Positions 39,526 to 48,600 of a stretch of 56,646 bases of DNA are shown one piece after another. Location of the stretch: the NCBI GenBank assembly GCA_964581425.1, contig CAZOOM010000003.1, forward strand, positions 1-56,646. Reading direction: 5' to 3'. The stretch is from an uncultured bacterium (lineage in GTDB: Bacteria; Omnitrophota; Omnitrophia; Omnitrophales; Aquincolibacteriaceae). Under the pieces are notes generated by a model. It saw nothing but the letters and a program-made list of their open reading frames with translations. It had not been told where the DNA came from and searched no databases. The number at the start of each line of letters is the position of its first letter. Position 1 is the stretch's first letter. The position numbers were made by a program, and so were the translations under genes.

Positions 39526-39585
39526 GGTTCGACAAAATACGCTCACCATCCCGAGCAAGGTCGAGGGAGTGAGCGAAGTCGAACC
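39526..39585. repeat. GC-rich 60-nt compound hairpin (REP-like intergenic element)
   Basis: Nested arms are GGTTCGAC/GTCGAACC and CGCTCAC/GTGAGCG, with an inner TCCCGA/TCGaGGG stem. The 13-mer GAGCGAAGTCGAA (39571-39583) recurs exactly at 41218-41230. Confidence 0.6.
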
Positions 39586-39631
39586 AGATCAAATTCGCAT
39601 TTCAATCACTTGTGTTCATTTGACATTTTCT

Positions 39632-39660
39632 TTGACCCACCTACCGTTGCGTGATAAATT
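39632..39660 (+). promoter_or_regulatory. Putative sigma70-type promoter for gpsA
   Basis: TTGACC is followed by a 17-nt spacer and TAAATT. A 7-bp GCCTTGC/GCAAGGC hairpin lies in the leader at 39676-39692. Confidence 0.3.
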
Positions 39661-39732
39661 ACTGCTCCGCTGAAAGCCTTGCGCCGCAAGGCAGAGAGCG
39701 TTCTTAAGCATTGGTTAGAACCGAGAGATTGC

Positions 39733-40746
39733 ATGGCTGAAAAGTCGCGGGTTACAGTTTTGGGAGACGGCGGGTGGGGAACGGCACTTGCGCTCCTGAA
39801 CCTTCGACGGAATAATCAAGTCACTCTTTGGTCGGCCTTCCCGGAATATGCGGCCGAGCTTCAATCCAAAAGAGAAAATAAAAAATTTCTTCCTGGAATT
39901 TCTCTTCCTGCGGATCTTCACATTTCTTCGGACCTTAAGACCTCTTTGGAATTTGCTGATGTGGTTGTGCTTGCAATCCCTACCCAGTTCTTGCGCCGTG
40001 TCCTTATCAAGGTCAAAGATTTTGGCTGTGACAATAAAATATTTGTGAGCGTTGCCAAGGGGATTGAAAAGGAAACATGCCTTCGTCCTTCTGAAATTAT
40101 CCGGTCTATTCTAGGCAACAAAGCTTCGGTGGTGGTTCTGTCAGGGCCTTCACATGCCGAAGAAGTGGCTCGCAATGTTCCGACTCTTGTGGTTGCGGCT
40201 TCAGACCAAGTGGAGCAGGCCCGAAAAATTCAAACTCTTTTTATGGAAACCAATTTTCGTATTTATGTCCAAAGCGACATGATTGGTGCTGAACTTGGCG
40301 GAGCCATCAAGAATGTGATTGCCATTGCTGCCGGAGTTTCTGACGGGCTTGGCTACGGCACCAATACCAAATCAGGGCTTCTGTCTCGCGGTCTTGTGGA
40401 AATGACGCGTTTTGGAACCAAACTTGGGGCCAATCCCAATACTTTTTTCGGCCTGTCGGGGATCGGAGATTTGATGACCACTTGTTTTTCTGATTACGGC
40501 CGCAATCTCAAAGTGGGGCGCCTGCTTGGATCTGGAAAAAAACTCAAAGAAATTCTGGCCGGCATGGAAATGGTGGCCGAAGGTGTGGATTCCACCACAA
40601 GTGTGATGGCGCTTGGAAAAAAACATGAAGTCTTGCTTCCAATCGTAACTGAAGTTTCGCGGATTTTATTTGAAGACAAAGATCCTCGGCAGGCAGTGCT
40701 CGACCTTTTGAATCGTGCCCCGGCCGAAGAAATCAAGATGTTTTAA
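39733..40746 (+). CDS. gpsA: NAD(P)H-dependent glycerol-3-phosphate dehydrogenase
   Basis: It has the VLGDGGWGTALA Rossmann motif and resembles GpsA along its full length. I used ATG 39733. Confidence 0.9.
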   Translation: MAEKSRVTVLGDGGWGTALALLNLRRNNQVTLWSAFPEYAAELQSKRENKKFLPGISLPADLHISSDLKTSLEFADVVVLAIPTQFLRRVLIKVKDFGCDNKIFVSVAKGIEKETCLRPSEIIRSILGNKASVVVLSGPSHAEEVARNVPTLVVAASDQVEQARKIQTLFMETNFRIYVQSDMIGAELGGAIKNVIAIAAGVSDGLGYGTNTKSGLLSRGLVEMTRFGTKLGANPNTFFGLSGIGDLMTTCFSDYGRNLKVGRLLGSGKKLKEILAGMEMVAEGVDSTTSVMALGKKHEVLLPIVTEVSRILFEDKDPRQAVLDLLNRAPAEEIKMF

Positions 40747-40761
40747 AAAAGTGTAGGATTT

Positions 40762-40802
40762 CCGGAGGGGACAGGCAGTTACCGCATGCCTGTCCCCTCC
40801 GG
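40762..40802 (+). terminator. Perfect 15-bp stem hairpin after gpsA
   Basis: The hairpin is CCGGAGGGGACAGGC-(11 nt)-GCCTGTCCCCTCCGG. No U-tract follows. Confidence 0.5.
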
Positions 40803-40888
40803 GGAGTTTCCTGATTACTGGCAACTGGTTACTGGTTTCTTTTGAAGAAAAAGTTTTTTCGAACGACGTAATAAAGGAGGTGAATCAA

Positions 40889-41161
40889 ATGAATAAAGGT
40901 CAACTCGCAGCAGAAATTGCCAAGAAAACCAAAGTTTCCAAAGCCAAAGCTTGGGAAACTGTGAATGTCACTTTTGACGCGATCAAAGGATCGCTCAAAA
41001 AAGGACAGAAGGTGGCATTGGTAGGTTTCGGATCCTGGCAGGTGAAAACCCGCAAGGCCCGCACCGGTCGTAATCCTCGCACCGGAGAAACCATCCAGAT
41101 CAAGGCCCGCAAAGTGCCGACATTCTCGGCAGGCGCGGAACTTAAGAACGCCGTCAAGTAG
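40889..41161 (+). CDS. hup: HU-family DNA-binding protein
   Basis: MNKGQLAAEIAKKT and RNPRTGE are typical of HU. AAGGAGG lies 8 nt upstream of ATG 40889. Confidence 0.92.
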   Translation: MNKGQLAAEIAKKTKVSKAKAWETVNVTFDAIKGSLKKGQKVALVGFGSWQVKTRKARTGRNPRTGETIQIKARKVPTFSAGAELKNAVK

Positions 41162-41195
41162 TTTTGAGAGGCGAGATGTTTTCGCCTCACTAACC

Positions 41196-41216
41196 CTGAG
41201 CGGAGCTCAGTTTTTT
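41196..41216 (+). terminator. Intrinsic terminator of hup
   Basis: CTGAGC-gga-GCTCAG is followed by TTTTTT. A second hairpin, GAGGCGA/TCGCCTC, precedes it at 41168-41188. Confidence 0.6.
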
Positions 41217-41217
41217 A

Positions 41218-41322
41218 GAGCGAAGTCGAATGGGTCTAAATCAGGGTGAATGGTTTCGCTTGCGTTAAGCTCATCGTTCAAAAATGATCAGCGTAATTCG
41301 AGAAAGCCGTTCACCCTTTTTT
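41218..41322 (+). ncRNA. Candidate structured small RNA between hup and bcp
   Basis: It has no ORF. A long-range stem GGGTGAA (41244-41250) / TTCACCC (41310-41316) is followed by TTTTTT. An inner hairpin lies at about 41269-41292. A further palindrome, TTCGCCTGCGCA..TGCGTAGGACGAA, is at 41321-41347. Confidence 0.25.
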
Positions 41323-41426
41323 CGCCTGCGCAAATGCGTAGGACGAACCTCGCCAAAGCTCGAAGAGCGAAGGCGGGTTTGCCGTGATTTTTCCCAAAAA
41401 AAATTATTAAATCATAGGAGGAAATT

Positions 41427-41900
41427 ATGGCAGTGATTGCCGAAGGAAAACTTGCGCCGGATTTTACGCTGGAGTCGACCGCAGGTAAAAAAGTGAGTTT
41501 GTCTGATTTTCGCGGAAAGAAAAATGTCGTTCTCTATTTTTATCCCAAAGATAATACTTCAGGTTGCACCCAGGAAGCTTGTGATTTCCGCGATGGCATC
41601 AAGAAATTTAAGGCATCGGATACCGAGATTTTAGGCGTGAGTCCGGACAGCCTTTCTTCGCACGATAAATTTCTTGCCAAGTTCGAGCTGCCTTTCCAGC
41701 TTTTGAGTGATGATGAGAAAAAAGTTTCAAGCCTTTACGGCGTTTGGAAAGAGAAAAGCATGTACGGAAGAAAGTACATGGGCATTGTGCGCTCCACATT
41801 TGTGATCGATAAAAAGGGCATGGTCCAAAAAATCTTCTCCAAAGTCAAAGTCGCCGGCCATATCGACGCCGTCCTCGAATCCATCAAAGCCTTGAAGTAG
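41427..41900 (+). CDS. bcp: Peroxiredoxin, Bcp type
   Basis: [15 protein letters not shown] carries the peroxidatic Cys. There is a strong AGGAGG ribosome-binding site. Confidence 0.9.
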   Translation: MAVIAEGKLAPDFTLESTAGKKVSLSDFRGKKNVVLYFYPKDNTSGCTQEACDFRDGIKKFKASDTEILGVSPDSLSSHDKFLAKFELPFQLLSDDEKKVSSLYGVWKEKSMYGRKYMGIVRSTFVIDKKGMVQKIFSKVKVAGHIDAVLESIKALK

Positions 41901-41914
41901 AAGAAAATTGGGCA

Positions 41915-42000
41915 TTGGTCGCTGGTGGCTAGTCGCTAGTCTCTAGTTGCAGAAGATTCTAAAAATCAATCAGTCACGAGCGACCAGAGACTAATACCAA
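41915..42000. repeat. GGTCGCT/AGTC-type low-complexity inverted repeat after bcp
   Basis: AGTCTCTAGT (41938-41947) pairs with ACCAGAGACT (41983-41992) at 9 of 10 positions. The outer arms are TTGGT and ACCAA. Confidence 0.45.
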
Positions 42001-42219
42001 ATCTTCGGAATTTCCCCCCGCTTTTTTGAACCTTCAGACGGGCACGATAAGCTCCTGGATGAAGCGCTCCGCTCCCAAATTTCTTCCGCATTTAAGTTAA
42101 AAACGCCGATTATCCACAACGCCAAGAACGAGATCCATGTTGTTTACGAATGCGTGTGATTGCGTGTTATTAAATTCGATCTTAATTTTTAAAAAGTTTT
42201 ATAACTTTTTGTGAATGTG

Positions 42220-42242
42220 AAAATTGAAAATATTTCAATTTT
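42220..42242. promoter_or_regulatory. Perfect 10-bp palindrome (operator-like) in the giant gene's upstream region
   Basis: AAAATTGAAA-ata-TTTCAATTTT lies about 380 bp upstream of ATG 42621. Confidence 0.25.
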
Positions 42243-42620
42243 TATAGTTGTTTTTTCGAGAATCGGTTTTACCATATCCACTGTTGATGATGCTTCGCCC
42301 GGGGCAAGTAATTCAAATCATCAGCCTATTTTTAGCGAACAGTCGCATGCGGAATTCTCGAACGCCGGAACTCATTCAACGGCATCTATCTTACAAGTGC
42401 AAATCATGTCATTGCGTCGGAACACCTGCGGGTATCATGAATCTATTTATGGGAGACAATTCATCTATTGAAATAGGATTCTCTAAAAATAAATGGTTAA
42501 ATGCTTTTTCTCCCGCCCTGATTCGGCCTTATGATAGAGAACAACAAAGATGCAATTAAACGATGCGATCTCATGATCAGGGGATGAAATACTTTCAAAT
42601 TTCAAAATCTAGGACCTAAA

Positions 42621-45600
42621 ATGTCGCGGACCAATTCATTGCAAACTGATTTTCTGTTTCCACCTTTTCTAAGAATCACAGCATTTCTCACAGCTTTTAT
42701 TTTTTCCTTCGAACAATTTTTTTATGGCGCTCCGCCGCAAGATCTCTTTGTTCCTGCAGCTTCCTCAGATACGCAGCCTACAGTTTCTTTATCTCAAGCG
42801 AACTCAGTTCGGGCTGTTAATAGCGTACCGACGCCAGTGGGTGCGGTTCCAATCAAAGATGGGACGGAGTTTTTAGCAAAAGACAGTCCTCTTTCTCCTG
42901 TGGAACCGACTCCTTCATCGAAGGTACTCGCGCCAAGACAAGAAATTAATAAGCCGCTTTCATCCGATAGCGAATTAGAGTTTTCTCAGAGGTATTTTTC
43001 AGATCAGCAAAAAACGGTGCGCTTAGCATCGCTTGAAAGTGTGTCAAGCCAGGCTGCTGCAACTCCAATCAAAGTATTGGCGCAGCGCACCGAGACGACT
43101 CCTGCTGGAAAAGTTTCCCGATTTATTGCGAGTGTTGCAACAGAGCCTGGAATTTCAGGTTTTACGGTTTCTTACAGTACCGACCTCATTAATTGGAAGG
43201 TCATTTCAGATTCTCAGTCAGGTTTAGCGATGGTTTGGGCACCTACATCCAGTGGAAAAATAATCTGGTATGACGATGGATCTCTGACCCCCGCGCTTGG
43301 ATCCATGCGCTTTTATCGATTTCTATCCGTGCCATTCGAAGCCAAGCTTGAGTTGCCTCCCAGTACTGTGAAATTAAGCGATGGTTCAATGATCGAATTC
43401 CAGAAGAATGGGGTGAAGGGTATTGCTATTTATGATGCACAAGGAAAACTTTTAGAAATCATTGACCATCCTGTTCCATTGGTAAAGCAGGAACAGGGGA
43501 TGTGGAATGTTTTAGCGAATGGTACTCGGGTCTATTTATCGGATGGAAAACCCTATGTGATTGAAATGACTGACGGAACCCAAATTACAAATTTTGTTTT
43601 GGATTCAAATAACAAATTTCAAGAAGCGCTCATTACCTATCCTGACGGAACCCGGGAGCAGATTTGGAAAGGGGCATTAATCCGCAGAATTCGAAGTGAC
43701 GGATGGGTTGAAGATTTTTTTCCGAATGGAAATAAGGTTCGAGAAATTTATCAAAACACTTTGCGAGAGTTCGCTTATCTTAAAGGGCCTCAGTCAATAG
43801 TGTTGGAGACGATTGTATTTGAAAACGATATTAAGCGCACCTACAACGCTTTAGGGATTCTCAAAGAGATTTCATTTGGTGACGGCCGAAAACTTGTTTA
43901 TGACATCGATTCAAATTTAGACGGAACTTTTGCTACCTTTAATAAGACCAAAAGTGTTCTTCCAGCTACTACGGATCCCAGATGGTCTCAGCACACGGAT
44001 GATTTAATCCAAGGCTATTATGATTTAAAAGGAAATCCAATCACACTTACGTTTCGTGATAAGACCCAGATTCATTTTGCAAACGGCCGTATTAATAGCA
44101 TTACGGATTCGTCTGGAAAAATCCGGTATTTTGAGTACATCTTAAATAAGGATCTAGTCACTGAAATCCATGTCCGCTGGTTGGAGGGGACTTCTCCGCC
44201 TACTGGTACAAACATTCCGATCAAGCCGACTTATTACGTTTATGACAATCAGGGAAAACTGAAGGGGGCTCAAACTGAAGAAGGATTTGTGACATTTGAT
44301 GCTTCTTCATCATCGGAAACAACACTCTTTCGTACAGCTGATGGCTCTTTACTGGAACTCACAGATAAAACTCTTCAGAGGATTTTCCTGAAAGACGGGA
44401 CAAGGGTGAGCGGGCTTGACTGGAATGGTACCCAGTTTACGGATCTTACTCGGATCACTGTGGATGGTTCACAAACCTCCTACAATGCTGAAAAAATCAC
44501 AGACCAAAAGAACGCTTCAGGAAGTATCGTTAATTATGACCTGTCTGAAAAACCAGATTTGGTTACCATGGAGGATGGACGAGTTTATCTTGTTACGAAT
44601 AAAGATCTTGGAAACGCTCAGAGCGAGCGTACTCTCAATCTTCAGACCATGATGTTTGCAGACGGTTCTCATCTTGAATTCAAGGACGGTGTAGTGGTTC
44701 GTTATGTTCAGAAAGTGAAGACTGAAATTACAGCGATAGCTGAGGCTCCGAAAAATCTTCCGGTAGGGCAGGTGTTTGTCCCAAAGCTTCGATTGGTTTC
44801 GGGTGAGCTTAGAAATGTCATTATCGAAGGAGCGGGACGGATTGTGAGCGGTGAGATTTTGATGAATGACGGCACCCAATATCTTTTTGAAAACAGAAAG
44901 ATTGCGCGTGAGATCACAGTCTCTGGCCAGATTCTATATTTTTCAAATACCCCGGCCAATCCGTTGCAGCTTTTTGAAAAAATCTCGGATCCTGATTTGG
45001 GAGACGCAGATTTAAGTGCAGTTTATTCTGCGGCTACTGATTTTTCAAAATTTACTTTGGAATTTAAGAAATCTGACGGATCAAGCCACAAAATCGCCCT
45101 TCAGGATTATTTAGTTCAGAACGGCCATGAGGCAATTTTGAATGCGCTTATGAAAGGGTTTAAACAGGATATCTTAAATGCCTCAAACGGTCAGTCTCGA
45201 TTTTTTGAGACAAACGATGGAAACCTCGCGGTCTCGATCCGTAAAGATGAGCGTTTTGGCGAAGTCCGTGAGCTTACTATGGATCTGAGAGCGAACTTTG
45301 GATTAGCGGGCTTTTATGCTGATTTTGACAATGGAGGACTCAATCTGACTGGTTATGATTTTGTTTCGATCCCTTACCGATCAGCCACTGCGCTTCCAGC
45401 AGGCACTAAAATCAAAGTCGAATTTAAACATGGTTGGAGTACTTTTACAACGGATACGGCTTATTCGGAATCTATTACGACTGACTGGCAGTATCTTCAA
45501 ATTCCGATTGTGAAGGATTATGGTCCTATCCGTCAGATGACGGTTGTCATTCTTGCTCCAAGCGGAGAGGCATTAAAAAACACCATCGAATTGGGTCCTC

Positions 45601-48600
45601 TATCCGGATTTCAAAGACGGGCAACTCAGGATTTTCAGTGGGCTGGTCTTTTTGGAAAAACCGAACTTGATATTCAAACTCTTCTCGTGGCTGAAGCGAA
45701 GAAATTGCCAACCGGTGGGACTTTGATTGAGGAAGAAGTGCTTACCGATTTCAAGGTGGATTCTAAAGGCCGCGTAGTGAGTGGTACTTTAAATCTGAAA
45801 GATGGCAGCACTCAATATTTTCAGGACGGAAAACTGAGTAAATGGGTGTTCCAAAACAGTAAAACCTATATTTATGAAAATGGGCTTGCTAAGTATGTTT
45901 TTTCTCTTATCGACGGCAAACTGACCCAGAGTGCTTTTTATTATGACATGGCTTTTAATGGCACCATCCGTTCGTTTGTTTTGGAAGATCAAGATGTGAG
46001 ACGTGAATTTTCAAACAGTGGGGAAATTCTTAAGCTTACAGCCAAAGGCTACATTGTCGGATTCAGAGATGGGAAAATAGACACGATTGAGGTGCAGAAT
46101 AAAGGCACCTGGAGAAATTTGATATTTGCCGCAGATGGGAATTTATTGAAAGCGGAGTTTGATTATCTGGATGATAAGGTTCTCGTGATGGATCTTGAGG
46201 CGGGGATTTATAAGGTAACAAAACCCGGAGGAATTACGGTGGAATACAAAGGTTCTTTTATTCAAGCAATCAATGTTAATACACCTAACGGTACAACAAA
46301 CACAAGAGTTGAATTTAAGTATACCGTCACATCTGACCAGAAACTTCTGGACGCGATTGCGATCGATACGGATCTTAAAACTGGCCAGACTCGTACCATG
46401 GCTCTTGCGGAGTTTCTGGCTCTTCCGGGCCGCGAGACTGAGCGGAATGAAATTTTGACCAAACCCAAAGTTGATGTCCTGAATTTAGCCAATGCTACAG
46501 GGAATGGGCTTTACAGCACGGGTGCTCTTGATTATCCCGCTCCTCAGTCCGGGGAAGGCAATTCCGTGGCTCATACGCCTAGACAGGAAGTTCAAGCGAC
46601 AGAGACTTTTACGTATCAGGAATCAAGCCCTAAGAGCAGTATTATCGGGATGTATATCAACCATAAGGATTCTAATCGGGGTTGGTATAACCCTTTCTCG
46701 TTTAATACAGGGTCTTCCAGCTCAAGCTATAATTTCCTTTCGATCACCATGCGCCAAGATGCTTCCATGTCATGGAATCAGGATTACCAGGTCAATGTCA
46801 AAGGAACAAATTTCAATCCTCTTTATTCTTTCCGTATTCCCGATTTATCTTCAAATTTTCATACGTTTATGTACTCCATGGAAGACCGGAGCGGAACCGA
46901 AGGTGAAATGACGCTTGAACTTATCCGGGAACACGACGGTTCCGGGAAAGCCGGTACAGTGTATCTGAAGGATGTTTCATACTGGTCAGTCATGAAAGTA
47001 AGCGATCAATTTTGGCAGGATCAGACCACTGTAACAGCGCAGCAGATGAAATTTCTGAAAATTGAAGCGGACCAATTGATGCGTGTAAACGCGAATGTCA
47101 CAAACAAGAAATCGGTTCAATATGACTCGCTTGCTGCCCTGTCCGATATTCCGACGAAACTTGTTTATCATGGGAAGACAGCGAATGACTTAACACTTCA
47201 GTCTTTTCTTAAAGCAGATGGATCCTTTGTGGAACTGACAGAAGATCAGCATGTTAGCAAGATGACCTTGGGCGACGGAACGGTTTACGAGTATCAAACC
47301 CAGGGATCTTCTGCCAAAGGCACCATTCAAGACCCCGCCATGGCAGGAGAAAGTTCAGATCACTTGGATTATCAATATGGAAATATCCGAACAATTAATC
47401 AAACGGACGGCAAAAAAATTTATTTTTCCTATGAAACAGATCCTGAGACAGGAGATGAAATCACAGTGATGAAGGATCCGGATACGCTTGAAGAAAGACG
47501 ATTTAAAGACGGCGAACTTTATGAGGTCCGGTCCGAAAATGGAATTCGCTCACGGTATCAATTTAAAGAAGGAGAACTTTTGGCAGCGGATACAACTTTT
47601 CGTAATCGAGTCATGGACAGTGTGAGTTATGAGTACCGGGATGGCGAAACCTTTTCTACGGACGAACGAGGGACAACCTGGGTCTTTGATAAGGACGGAA
47701 ATCTACTTCGGCATCTGACAAGGGACGGATATTTGTATGTGTATTCCAGTACAAGCCAAGAATTTGATTCTGGAGTAAGTACCAACGGGACAAATCTTAA
47801 TTTTGATCCGACAAAAGAAAATTTGCCCAAAACCCAGGAAGCTTTTGTGTTAGCCGCGAACAATTATAAGCGGGAGTTTTTATTGGGCACGGATTTTCAC
47901 GCAGTAAGTCTCGGAGGATATGAAAGCTCGAACGGTGCGCAGCTTACTTTTGATTTCAAAAAAGGCGGATTGGGAGAAATTAAACTGCCGGAGGGAGATC
48001 ATGCTGTCAATCTCATCTTCGGTGACAACCAGGAAATACAGAGCGGACAAATTCAATTTCGCGATGGAAGTCTAATGAATATCCAAGAAGGAATCCCTGT
48101 GGAGTATCGTACCGCACAAGGAACCTTCTACAAGGCGCCTCTTGACCTAGCACAATTTGACAAGATTGAAGTTTTGGAAAATCCGGATAAAACATTGGGA
48201 GGATGGAAACTTGAAAAAGGAGATAGCTGGTATATTTATGATGCAGATGGGACTCTCAAACAATATGAGAATTCAAGCGGGGAATCTTATCTTTTCACAA
48301 AAGATCCAAATCAGGGAACCGTTACGCAGAGGTTCAGGCAAAGATCTTCTCAAGAAGGTGTTTTTTATCCTCAAGAAATCAAATTTCAATATCTTTCCAA
48401 TAAAATTGTTTTTTCGAATGATGACCAAGTCTTGGCTGAGCAGGGAGGAAATGGTTTTATCGTTTCGGTTTACAAACCCGAGTTTAACCGCTGGGATACC
48501 TTTTCAGGGAATATGGCTGCCGACGGGGATCGGCTGCAATTAAGACTCATTTTAGAAGATGTCCAGCCTGATCAATCGATTGCCTTAGCCACCCGGGATC

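Noticed and set aside
42211-42559. Two overlapping + strand ORFs (86 and 103 aa) in the region upstream of the giant gene.
   Set aside because: They overlap each other in different frames, use weak starts, and lack an RBS or any motif. The region is better read as non-coding. A short real peptide cannot be excluded.
46492-48543. Alternate-frame ORFs inside the giant gene (46492..46911, 48157..48543, 44517..44879 minus, 49047..49400 minus), considered as overprinted genes or signs of frameshifting.
   Set aside because: The main frame is continuous across them. The alternative products are low-complexity with no motifs. No slippery or frameshift signal was noticed.
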